Part shown: in pieces, positions 48,487 to 56,545 of the stretch
Numbering within the stretch: the stretch's first letter is position 1
How the letters are laid out: every line of letters begins with the position of its first letter
IMG/VR virus record: IMGVR_UViG_3300033821_000019
Location: 14,381 to 78,380 of that record
From: a virus
DNA length: 64,000 nucleotides
Reading direction: 5' to 3' (one strand)
The notes under the pieces: generated by a model
Databases searched by the model: none
What the model saw: only the letters and a program-made list of their open reading frames with translations
What the model was told of the DNA's origin: nothing
Translations under genes and position numbers: made by a program

Positions 48487-48762
48487 TCAATACTTTTTCT
48501 TATGTTTGACGGAGAGCAAAAACATGTTGTACTTTCCAAAAACAAACATTGGCAATTTAATTACGATTGAAAATAACCACGCCACAAAAACAATAGGCCA
48601 AAACATACCTTTGAAAAACGGCGAGAAATCTTCCCATTCCTTTTCACACTTGAACAATTCTAAATGATATTCGATGATTGCGCCAACCAAATACCACGCA
48701 AAAAGCCATGCTGGATTTGGCAACATGGCCATTAACATTTCAATTACTAGACCGTCTTGCAT
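48487..48762 (-). CDS. Small membrane protein
   Basis: two hydrophobic segments. Confidence 0.6.
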   Translation of the reverse strand: MQDGLVIEMLMAMLPNPAWLFAWYLVGAIIEYHLELFKCEKEWEDFSPFFKGMFWPIVFVAWLFSIVIKLPMFVFGKYNMFLLSVKHKKKY

Positions 48763-48773
48763 GACACAAATCC

Positions 48774-49103
48774 TTATTTAGTGTTTCCTTGAAGCCACTG
48801 AGTTGCCAGTTTCTCAAGTTCCCCACCCGTAATGATTTCCCGTATGAGCGCATCCACCGGCACCCAATCAGCAGTATACTTCTGCAAAACAGTCACTTCG
48901 TCATCGCCTTCTGCCAATTGTGGAGTTTCAGGAATGTTGCTGAGAACATGAAGGAACACGCCAGTATTGCCATAGATGATATTGGCATTAGCGGAGCATT
49001 CAACCACTATCAAACTTACATTGGGCACCGGGCCATACCACTGTTTGGTCAGACCGAGAATCCACTGCTCGAAAATCTTTTTGGCAAGCTCTTCTTTGTT
49101 CAT
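48774..49103 (-). CDS. Hypothetical protein
   Basis: 109-aa ORF in operon. Confidence 0.6.
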   Translation of the reverse strand: MNKEELAKKIFEQWILGLTKQWYGPVPNVSLIVVECSANANIIYGNTGVFLHVLSNIPETPQLAEGDDEVTVLQKYTADWVPVDALIREIITGGELEKLATQWLQGNTK

Positions 49104-49105
49104 TT

Positions 49106-49441
49106 TTAACCGTCCTTTTTCTTTGGGTAAACTCTTATGTGACCAAGTGGAACTTTTTCATCTATCACAACTTCAGCGTCACGAAGGTAAGAGATAACGC
49201 TTCCGTCTTCTTTCAGTTTACGAACAATGCAATTACCTAGCCAAGTATGAAGAGTGCAAAAGCCGTGACTATTCACCTTGACAACACCAACCTTGTAACC
49301 TCTTTTTTCAAGAGTTTGAAACTTGTCAAGCACGTATTGCAAAATACGTGAAGCAATAGCTTGGTGCGTTGCCAATTCAGCCAAAGCAGTGCTAATTTCG
49401 TCTTTGCTAACGGGGAATTGAGCCGCTTCCATTAAGTTCAT
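49106..49441 (-). CDS. Hypothetical protein
   Basis: 111-aa ORF in operon. Confidence 0.6.
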   Translation of the reverse strand: MNLMEAAQFPVSKDEISTALAELATHQAIASRILQYVLDKFQTLEKRGYKVGVVKVNSHGFCTLHTWLGNCIVRKLKEDGSVISYLRDAEVVIDEKVPLGHIRVYPKKKDG

Positions 49442-49650
49442 TTTTTAACGTCTGCCTCAAAAGCGACACCTAGCTCTTTGGCTCTGTAATAGCAATCTGA
49501 TGAAGCCATGCTAGATATCAGCATAATACCGTTTTTCGTGAGCCTGAATCGCTCTGTACATTCTTCAAACGCGATAGCATAGGTATCGTCACCTATCTTT
49601 GCCGTCTTGGTCGCAAACTCATACTTTTTCTCTGCTTTTTGTGCGGGCAT
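49438..49650 (-). CDS. Hypothetical protein (MPAQKAEKK...)
   Basis: ATG at 49650 with AAGGAG RBS. Confidence 0.55.
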   Translation of the reverse strand: MPAQKAEKKYEFATKTAKIGDDTYAIAFEECTERFRLTKNGIMLISSMASSDCYYRAKELGVAFEADVKK

Positions 49651-49705
49651 TACTTTTCTCCTTGTTGTTATTGTACCAAAAACAAAGGCTGGATTGTAGG
49701 AAAAT

Positions 49706-50047
49706 CTAGCGGCTGTAACTCTCAAATTCCCAACTGAAACTTTTTGAACTACCTCCATCACGCAGAATGTAATCAAACATTCTACCTATCAACGTGCCTT
49801 GTTCATCACCAAAAGTGCAATAGTTGTCTCCCGGCGAAAGGATTTTGTTGTTTTCGGCTGCGGATTTTAACAATTCATCCAAAGTCACTGGCGCTACTTC
49901 GCTATGCACGTATTCACGATTGTACATCTGGACAAGCTGCGGATTTTCTGTGACGAAATCCACCAAGTTTTTAGGCTTGTCAGTAAGATTCATGATGATG
50001 AAATTCGTACTAGACGAATTACTAATGAAGCCGCCATGTGTTTTCAT
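49706..50047 (-). CDS. FVSNSS-family protein 6
   Basis: MKTHGGFISNSSSTNF. Confidence 0.8.
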   Translation of the reverse strand: MKTHGGFISNSSSTNFIIMNLTDKPKNLVDFVTENPQLVQMYNREYVHSEVAPVTLDELLKSAAENNKILSPGDNYCTFGDEQGTLIGRMFDYILRDGGSSKSFSWEFESYSR

Positions 50048-50059
50048 TATTTTTCTCTC

Positions 50060-50416
50060 TTACGATGGAACAACACCGTAGTACAGACCAAATTTATTTT
50101 CATCCCAAAGGCCAACAGGCTCCAATGCTTCTTTCACTTGTTGCATTACGTTTTCTTCAAGCTTAATGAATTCCTTTTCGCAATCAGGAGATTCGTATTC
50201 AGCACCAAAACCAATGTAGGCATTGGTGCCATCGTCCGTAATGACTCGCAACTTACCAAACTTGCTGTTATCCCTGTCAAATCCAACAATTGGTTCTCTA
50301 TATCCGTAATGGTCTGTATTGTTGTTAGTAAACAATTTATCATAATCTACTTTAACGCCAACAATGACGAAAGAAGATGTAGACGAATTACTGACAAAGC
50401 CATTTCGGGTCTTCAT
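50060..50416 (-). CDS. FVSNSS-family protein 7
   Basis: MKTRNGFVSNSSTSSF. Confidence 0.8.
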   Translation of the reverse strand: MKTRNGFVSNSSTSSFVIVGVKVDYDKLFTNNNTDHYGYREPIVGFDRDNSKFGKLRVITDDGTNAYIGFGAEYESPDCEKEFIKLEENVMQQVKEALEPVGLWDENKFGLYYGVVPS

Positions 50417-50428
50417 AATTATCCTTTC

Positions 50429-50791
50429 TTACGAAGGAACAGTGCCGATATAAAGGCCAAACTTAGTCTCATCCCACAAACCAAGAGGCTCCAATGTTTC
50501 CTTCACATTCTGTTTCAATTCATCATCAAGTCTAGTGAAGCTGTTGTTAAACCCTTCTTCTTCTGAGCTTGCCACGTCACCAACACCGATGTAAGCCTTA
50601 TCACCATCGTCAGTAACAACCTGCAACTTTCCAATCTTGCTTCTATCTCTGTCAAATCCGGCAATAGGAGAATCATCGCCATATTTGTCTTTCTTGTTCT
50701 TGTCAAAGAGCTTTTTGTAGCTAATTCTAACACCAACAATGACAAAAGAAGACGAAGACGAATTACTAACAAAGCCATTTCTGGTTTTCAT
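50429..50791 (-). CDS. FVSNSS-family protein 8 (paralog of 7)
   Basis: MKTRNGFVSNSSSSSF. Confidence 0.8.
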   Translation of the reverse strand: MKTRNGFVSNSSSSSFVIVGVRISYKKLFDKNKKDKYGDDSPIAGFDRDRSKIGKLQVVTDDGDKAYIGVGDVASSEEEGFNNSFTRLDDELKQNVKETLEPLGLWDETKFGLYIGTVPS

Positions 50792-50802
50792 TGGCCATCT
50801 CC

Positions 50803-51141
50803 TTAACAATCGTTCACATTGACATATGTGTTTTCTCTGTCTTTTTCAATTTCCTTAACATAATCTTGAAAAGCTCCGGTTGGGCACATATCATTGGGCG
50901 GCTCACAATCTATCTTTGCATCTTCAAAACTGCTTATATTGCCTACAAAACAACTTACGGAAACACATTTTTTACCAAACAAAGTTGCGTATTCAAGTTC
51001 GCCTTGTGTTTCCAGTGCTTTCAAGATAGCAGCAATGTAAGGATGAAGATTTTTTAATGCAGCTTCATGATTTTCAACTGTGGTCAAAATCACGAAACTG
51101 GAACTTGATGAATTGCTAACAAAACCATTTCTTGTCTTCAT
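50803..51141 (-). CDS. FVSNSS-family protein 9
   Basis: MKTRNGFVSNSSSSSF-VILTTVENH. Confidence 0.8.
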   Translation of the reverse strand: MKTRNGFVSNSSSSSFVILTTVENHEAALKNLHPYIAAILKALETQGELEYATLFGKKCVSVSCFVGNISSFEDAKIDCEPPNDMCPTGAFQDYVKEIEKDRENTYVNVNDC

Positions 51142-51174
51142 TTGGTTGCCCTTCCAAAACTGTAGTATGGAGAA

Positions 51175-51528
51175 CTAGCAATCCACGCTAGAGGTGAAAA
51201 CATTTTCTTTGTCTTTCATTACTTCATCACAGTAAACATCAAAAGCTTCCGAAGGGCGCATATCGTCGCCTTCGTCTTCCTTGCTTTTCGGCATTTCACC
51301 ATCTATCCCGACCCTCATGTCTTCAAAACTACTGTAGTTGCCGGTCATGATGGAGTATGAAATGCAGTCCTTGCCAAACGCCCTTGTTTTTTTGCTGCTT
51401 AGTCGGTCAAGCACTGCGATAATGAATGGATGTAGATTCTTCAACGCCTTTTCGTGATTCTCTACTGTGGTCAAAATCATGAAGCTAGAACTTGAGCTAT
51501 TGGAAACAAAACCATTTCTAACTTTCAT
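51175..51528 (-). CDS. FVSNSS-family protein 10
   Basis: MKVRNGFVSNSSSSSF-MILTTVENH. Confidence 0.8.
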   Translation of the reverse strand: MKVRNGFVSNSSSSSFMILTTVENHEKALKNLHPFIIAVLDRLSSKKTRAFGKDCISYSIMTGNYSSFEDMRVGIDGEMPKSKEDEGDDMRPSEAFDVYCDEVMKDKENVFTSSVDC

Positions 51529-51896
51529 CCCAAACCTCCAATGAGAAACTTTTGCTCCAAAAGGTTCTTCTTGTCACGTCTTAGTTCACGGCAGTAATCT
51601 TGAAAGGCTTGCTCCTCTGGCTGCTCATTACAAAATGCAGGCTTATCACCATCAAATTCTACCTCAAGGCTATCAAGAGAACTTTGATAGTCAGAAGTAT
51701 AGCTCACCAAGAAAACAAGAAGCTCTTTGCCGAAAGACTTTTTCTTCTTAACGTCTCCTTCATCCAACATGGCTTTAATAACAGCAGCAACGTATGGATG
51801 AACCTTTTTCATAGCTCGTTTGTGGTTGCCCATTGTAGGGACAACCACAAAACTAGAGCTTGAGCTATTGGAAACGAAGCCTACTCTGGTCTTCAT
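51525..51896 (-). CDS. FVSNSS-family protein 11
   Basis: MKTRVGFVSNSSSSSF. Confidence 0.8.
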   Translation of the reverse strand: MKTRVGFVSNSSSSSFVVVPTMGNHKRAMKKVHPYVAAVIKAMLDEGDVKKKKSFGKELLVFLVSYTSDYQSSLDSLEVEFDGDKPAFCNEQPEEQAFQDYCRELRRDKKNLLEQKFLIGGLG

Positions 51897-51910
51897 GATT
51901 ATCCTGTCGC

Positions 51911-52366
51911 TTAGAAATCAACGCTGGTTTCTACAACGTTCTTTTTATCTTTGCTGACTTCGTGGCAGTAATCATCAAAAGCTTCAGAAGGGCAACCTTC
52001 TTCATCATCTTCGTCCAAATCGCCATCATCATCAATTTCTTCGTCTTCCTCAAGGTCTGCATCGTCTACTTCAACGGCTGTTTCCTCTTCAACAACCTTC
52101 ATCTTGCCCTTCTTATTAGACTTTGTTTCAGGCTCATAGTCAACGTCAAGACCGTCAAATGTTCCACCACCACCATTGTCTGAATAAGTGGAGAACGTAA
52201 TAAGGTCAACACCAAAAGCCTTCTTTTCCTCACCACCCATAGCTTCCAAAACGGCAGCAACGTAAGGCGAGAGTTTCTTTAAGGCCCGTTTGTGATTTTC
52301 CAAAGTAGTCGTAATCACAAAGCTAGAACTACTACTATTACTCACAAAACCATTACGCACTTTCAT
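51911..52366 (-). CDS. FVSNSS-family protein 12 (acidic insertion)
   Basis: MKVRNGFVSNSSSSSF; poly-D/E tract. Confidence 0.8.
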   Translation of the reverse strand: MKVRNGFVSNSSSSSFVITTTLENHKRALKKLSPYVAAVLEAMGGEEKKAFGVDLITFSTYSDNGGGGTFDGLDVDYEPETKSNKKGKMKVVEEETAVEVDDADLEEDEEIDDDGDLDEDDEEGCPSEAFDDYCHEVSKDKKNVVETSVDF

Positions 52367-52473
52367 CTAATTCTCTCCTTAAAAATGATTTTTCTTTCAA
52401 CTTTTCCAATGTCCATTCCACGCCGATATTGTACCATTGACTCCTTTCTGTTTTGACGATTTTTTGAAAATTT

Positions 52474-52833
52474 TTAGCCGTTGTACCAAGCTTCTTCAAC
52501 CGTGCCACACTTGATGCCGTCGCCAAAAAACTTCTTGATTGTGGCTTCAACCGTGGCCTTAAATTGTTTGCCTGTTTCTTCATCACCAATATTGCACCAG
52601 CTTTTACCAATATAAGAGCCGCATTCGCTGCCACCATGAAATTCAAGAGCAGTTCTTTTTGCAAGCTGGTCACAAATGTCAGCCATTCCACAACCCGTCC
52701 TAATCGTTGCATCAGGGAAAGCCTCTTGAATTTTCTTGATGAGTGCTGCTTCATCTGTACCTGACACTTCAGCACCATAAATGCAAAAACTTGAAGTGCT
52801 ACTATTACTTACAAAACCATTACGCACTTTCAT
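52474..52833 (-). CDS. FVSNSS-family protein 13
   Basis: MKVRNGFVSNSSTSSF; GGAGGAG RBS. Confidence 0.8.
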   Translation of the reverse strand: MKVRNGFVSNSSTSSFCIYGAEVSGTDEAALIKKIQEAFPDATIRTGCGMADICDQLAKRTALEFHGGSECGSYIGKSWCNIGDEETGKQFKATVEATIKKFFGDGIKCGTVEEAWYNG

Positions 52834-52995
52834 CTTAGTCTCCTCCACTCTCCATCAATGTATCGTCACGCCTTAATCTTTTTAACACATTGCTAAAATT
52901 TTTCAAGCACAAACACAATTAAAATCAACATAGTTTGTTTATGCTTATAGAAATTACATTTGCGAACCGATTTTTATAGACTTGGGGGTTGGATG

Positions 52996-53913
52996 TTAAC
53001 AACAATCTTGATTCACGCGGCGACACTTAAATCCTTTGCATTGTTTTTGTTTCCCGCTCGCGCAAGATAGCATATTGCCAGAATTCAAATTATGTTTTTT
53101 ACAAAAATCAATAATGCCAATTATAGTTTGTTCGCTCCCGTCTGGAAATGTAATAACGTATGCTTTTCTCGCCTTAATATTTGGAACGCCGTAAAGTACA
53201 TTGTTTTTCCCTCTATACTTTTCTGGATTCTTCTTTGACGCTTTATAGAAAGGATTGTTTTTACCAGAAAGATTGTTTTTTATCCATTCCTTGTGGTCTT
53301 TTTTTGATAGTTTATTAATCCAACATTTTGCTTTTCTTTTTTTCGGAGTTAAAAGTTTTTGATAATTATTTTTTCCAGATATTTTAGAAACCCATTGACT
53401 ATATTCTTCTTCTGTCATTTTCTTACTAAAATGGTTAGCGCCAGACAAATTTGGATTTTCAAAATTTGGATTGCTATTTCCAATACGATGCTTTTCTGAC
53501 CATCTCTTTTTTTCTGTCAAGGACATTTGTTTTAAGTAATGATATTTGCCCGAACTTCCAAAATGGTTATCTCCACCACAAGTCATATTGTACCCCATCT
53601 TACTTTCTGGCGCATAAGAATTATACAATTTTATATAGTAAATTTCCTTATCATTAAGTTTTTGTTGTTGGCATGTTTCAACAACACTCCATTGAAACAT
53701 GTTTAATCCGTATTTGCGTATTGCTCTATGAAAGAGATGGCTAGAAGGTTCACCTTTTCTTGGGAATGCTCTATTCTTATGCTGTCGTATTCTGCTTTTC
53801 AAAGTTCCCAATGTTTGACCAACATAACATTTTCCATTAACAATGTTTTTTGCAATATAAATTATCCCTGTTTTTCTTGTTGCGCCGGGGTTGCATTTCA
53901 TAAAATACTCCAA
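52996..53913 (-). CDS. Free-standing GIY-YIG homing endonuclease with NUMOD-like repeats
   Basis: GIIYIAKN...YVGQT, GYNMTCGG, repeated SGKNNP. Confidence 0.88.
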   Translation of the reverse strand: MEYFMKCNPGATRKTGIIYIAKNIVNGKCYVGQTLGTLKSRIRQHKNRAFPRKGEPSSHLFHRAIRKYGLNMFQWSVVETCQQQKLNDKEIYYIKLYNSYAPESKMGYNMTCGGDNHFGSSGKYHYLKQMSLTEKKRWSEKHRIGNSNPNFENPNLSGANHFSKKMTEEEYSQWVSKISGKNNYQKLLTPKKRKAKCWINKLSKKDHKEWIKNNLSGKNNPFYKASKKNPEKYRGKNNVLYGVPNIKARKAYVITFPDGSEQTIIGIIDFCKKHNLNSGNMLSCASGKQKQCKGFKCRRVNQDCC

Positions 53914-53976
53914 TTAAACAATTACACGTTGTTATAACTATATTATACAACATAACTTAATAAATTTGCTGCAATT

Positions 53977-55089
53977 CTAAATATTAATTTCAGGATAAGT
54001 TGGGCAAAACCTGCAACCATTTTTTTGATTAGAAAGTAAAACATTACGGAACTTTATAACCGCTAGACTATACCACACATCTTTTAGAAAATCATTAGTG
54101 GCAAGAACATCTATACACTCCCATTTTGGGCTGTCTTCGCTGAAACTGCAATGATGATATTCGCCTTTAACATTGATATACGCCGACATTATACTACTCT
54201 CGCAGCTTTCCGAACAAGACTTTAATTCTTTCTTCTTTTTGTCTGAAATATCCATCTGTTCAACGCACTTCTCAAACTTCGGGGCAGAACATGAATCTAG
54301 GCCAAAGTTGATGCCGATAGACATACAATGCTGCACAAGGTCTGCATACTCTTTGTATGACAGAGAATTGTAATGATTAGCAGCGCGGCCCTTCGGCTTT
54401 ACCCCAAGGAACACAACGGCGTTCATGCCCTTCAACCGCTCATCCGTCTTCATGTCCTTCACGACTTCATAAACGAAGGGCAGAGTTTCTTGGCTAACCA
54501 TCAAATGAATGTTGGTCTGTTTGATGCCAAGGTCAACAAATTTCTTGACTGTGTTGTAGCAAACATTTTTGTCAGTCTGGTATGCGCTCACAGCAACGGC
54601 ACCAACTAGCTTGGCGCATTTCTGTGCCATATCATCGTCAAGGTCAATCCCGCTCAAAGTGAAGTTGGGAATGATACCGTTTGCGCGGGTATATTCCATC
54701 ATTTTGAGGAAATCGGGATTCGTCTTCACGCCAGTAATACCAAAAGCAATCTGTGTCAACGCCTTTGGCATCTTATCAAAAATTGCCTTAAACGTCTCAA
54801 AGGTCATATTTGTGGCTGGCGTGCTTTTGTTGGCCTTATAGCAGAAAGGGCAAGCATTAGGACAGCCGTTAATGCTTATCTCTATGTCCAAAATTTCAGG
54901 CCCGATTGGAGAAAACTTCGGGTCATCGTCCTGATTCTTGCCCCACCGCGCAAAAAAGCCAGTTCGTTTGTCAAAAGTATAGTTGTAAGTATCTGACTTG
55001 ACAGCCTTGAACTTATCGTTTTCCTTAACGATAAACTTCTGGCCGTTGATGTTGTAGTGATAGACCTTCGTGTTATCAGTATTCGGCAT
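53977..55089 (-). CDS. Radical SAM enzyme with SPASM/twitch-type C-terminal domain
   Basis: CPNACPFC CxxxCxxC; C-terminal SCES...YINVKG...CSF...CRFCP. Confidence 0.9.
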   Translation of the reverse strand: MPNTDNTKVYHYNINGQKFIVKENDKFKAVKSDTYNYTFDKRTGFFARWGKNQDDDPKFSPIGPEILDIEISINGCPNACPFCYKANKSTPATNMTFETFKAIFDKMPKALTQIAFGITGVKTNPDFLKMMEYTRANGIIPNFTLSGIDLDDDMAQKCAKLVGAVAVSAYQTDKNVCYNTVKKFVDLGIKQTNIHLMVSQETLPFVYEVVKDMKTDERLKGMNAVVFLGVKPKGRAANHYNSLSYKEYADLVQHCMSIGINFGLDSCSAPKFEKCVEQMDISDKKKKELKSCSESCESSIMSAYINVKGEYHHCSFSEDSPKWECIDVLATNDFLKDVWYSLAVIKFRNVLLSNQKNGCRFCPTYPEINI

Positions 55090-55145
55090 TTGTTTTCTTG
55101 CGCCCTTTCAGCCCAATTTAAGCCCGTAGTACAACGCCTAATCAA

Positions 55146-55175
55146 TGTATCGTCAAAAGCCGTAATCTTTCTAAG
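55146..55175 (-). promoter_or_regulatory. Representative of promoter class A, (T/G)AAA-N13-(G/T/A)ACGATACA; 13 sites
   Basis: sites at 23951, 25724, 42030, 43941, 45956, 46501(+), 52859, 55146, 55710, 60971, 61380, 61979, 62961, each shortly upstream of a gene or RNA in the matching orientation. Confidence 0.7.
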
Positions 55176-55377
55176 CCTTGATGCCTTTATTTACCAAATG
55201 TTCCATGGAGTAATCGCACTCTTTAGGAACTGGACCACCTTTCTTTACCCGCTTGCTATGATACGGACAAAACCAAGTTTTGCCAGTAAAAAGTTTCTGG
55301 TCTTCTTCGCCAAAAATCCAATTCATATTGGCGTACATGCTCTTTACACATTTTTGGCAAACAGTTTGGTTAATCAT
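55171..55377 (-). CDS. Small Cys protein, paralog of 41744-41998
   Basis: CQKC...C...VPKECDYSMEHLVNKG. Confidence 0.65.
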   Translation of the reverse strand: MINQTVCQKCVKSMYANMNWIFGEEDQKLFTGKTWFCPYHSKRVKKGGPVPKECDYSMEHLVNKGIKA

Positions 55378-55387
55378 GCGTCACCTT

Positions 55388-55687
55388 TTAACCATCACAC
55401 TCATAGAAATAGTCTTCCGGTTTTAATCCTATGGCTTGTAAGAATTTTTCCATTCCAAAATTATCCATTATCGTATAGCCTTCGATGGTAAAAGGTGTCT
55501 CTTTAATGTTTTCCCACCTATCGCCCAAGAAGTCGTCGTGGTTCCCAAAAGGATGCCATTTCAAGACTGTTAAAGCATATTCGGCATGATTCATAATGGC
55601 TTTGAACTGCAATGGGTTCAATGCTTTCTTTTGAATAACAAAAGAAGCTGAACTACTATTGCTGACAAAACCTTGCCGGTGCTTCAT
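55388..55687 (-). CDS. FVSNSS-family protein 14
   Basis: MKHRQGFVSNSSSASF; GGGAG RBS. Confidence 0.8.
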   Translation of the reverse strand: MKHRQGFVSNSSSASFVIQKKALNPLQFKAIMNHAEYALTVLKWHPFGNHDDFLGDRWENIKETPFTIEGYTIMDNFGMEKFLQAIGLKPEDYFYECDG

Positions 55688-55691
55688 GTGT

Positions 55692-56228
55692 CTATTCGCT
55701 CCCTTTAGGTGTATCGTCATTCTGAACTATATTTTCAGGACTTTCTTCTATAGGCTCAGCAACTTCTACATCTTGAGTATCTTGCGCGGCTTGTGGTCCT
55801 GAAGTCTCTTGAATACCTTGCGGCCCACTTTGCGTACCATCCTGCGGTCCAGAAGGTTTACCAGACATGCCCGTTGAACCTGTAGCGCCTTGATTTCCTT
55901 GTGGGCCTACCGTTGTCCATTGTCCAGCAGATTCGGGCTTTCCCATATCAGCCTTGTATTTCTGCAACAAGTCAATCAGCTTGTCCAAATCCTTTTCTCT
56001 CAAAATAAAGCAATCAAAATCACCGTATTTGCACTTGTAGCCGAATGTATATTTAATTGCGTGCCACAAACGCACAAAGAACGAGTGATATTGATAGAGG
56101 AAAACAGACGTATAGACTTCTCTATATTCCTTTTTATCATCGCTCATATACGCAAATTTCAACGTATGTTCATCGCTGTGGCAAGCACAATCAAAATATT
56201 TTGATTCTTCCAATTCTTCAATCGGCAT
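55692..56228 (-). CDS. Hypothetical protein with short collagen-like G-X-Y stretch
   Basis: GPQGNQGATGSTGMSGKP, further GPQ units. Confidence 0.6.
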   Translation of the reverse strand: MPIEELEESKYFDCACHSDEHTLKFAYMSDDKKEYREVYTSVFLYQYHSFFVRLWHAIKYTFGYKCKYGDFDCFILREKDLDKLIDLLQKYKADMGKPESAGQWTTVGPQGNQGATGSTGMSGKPSGPQDGTQSGPQGIQETSGPQAAQDTQDVEVAEPIEESPENIVQNDDTPKGSE

Positions 56229-56245
56229 GTCTCAAGTCCTTTCTC

Positions 56246-56545
56246 TTAACGAGTACCGCTACTGCCAAATCCACCAGCACCTCTCACTGTATCACTTAGC
56301 GTTTCACATTCAAGGAAATTCGCGTCCTCTGTTTTGACGAAAAGAATCTGTGCTATCCTATCACCTTTGTTGACGTGGAATGGAGTATCAGAATGATTCA
56401 CCAATATTGCTTTTACTTCGCCACGATACGAACAGTTGTGTAAACATAGACCATTGCCAAAAAAATTGCGATTTTTCTCAACAGTTAAATGGTAAATTGG
56501 TTTCGTTTCTGTTTTCTCTATGTTTTTAACTCTTGCAAAGCGCAT
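56246..56545 (-). CDS. dut: Split intein C-fragment (37 aa) fused to dUTPase C-terminal half
   Basis: ...IYHLTVEKNRNFFGNGLCLHN|CSYRGE...GDRIAQ...RGAGGFGSSG. Confidence 0.9.
   Translation of the reverse strand: MRFARVKNIEKTETKPIYHLTVEKNRNFFGNGLCLHNCSYRGEVKAILVNHSDTPFHVNKGDRIAQILFVKTEDANFLECETLSDTVRGAGGFGSSGTR

Noticed and set aside
52849-53976. GIY-YIG as an intron-encoded ORF within the rSAM gene
   Set aside because: The rSAM ends with a complete Cys-containing C-terminus and stop; no downstream exon or intron core was seen.
39120-55687. FVSNSS 5' ends as DNA recombination sites (integron-like cassettes) or DGR targets
   Set aside because: Synonymous codon variation shows protein-level constraint; no attC-like palindromes, integrase, reverse transcriptase or adenine-specific TR/VR pair seen in the window.
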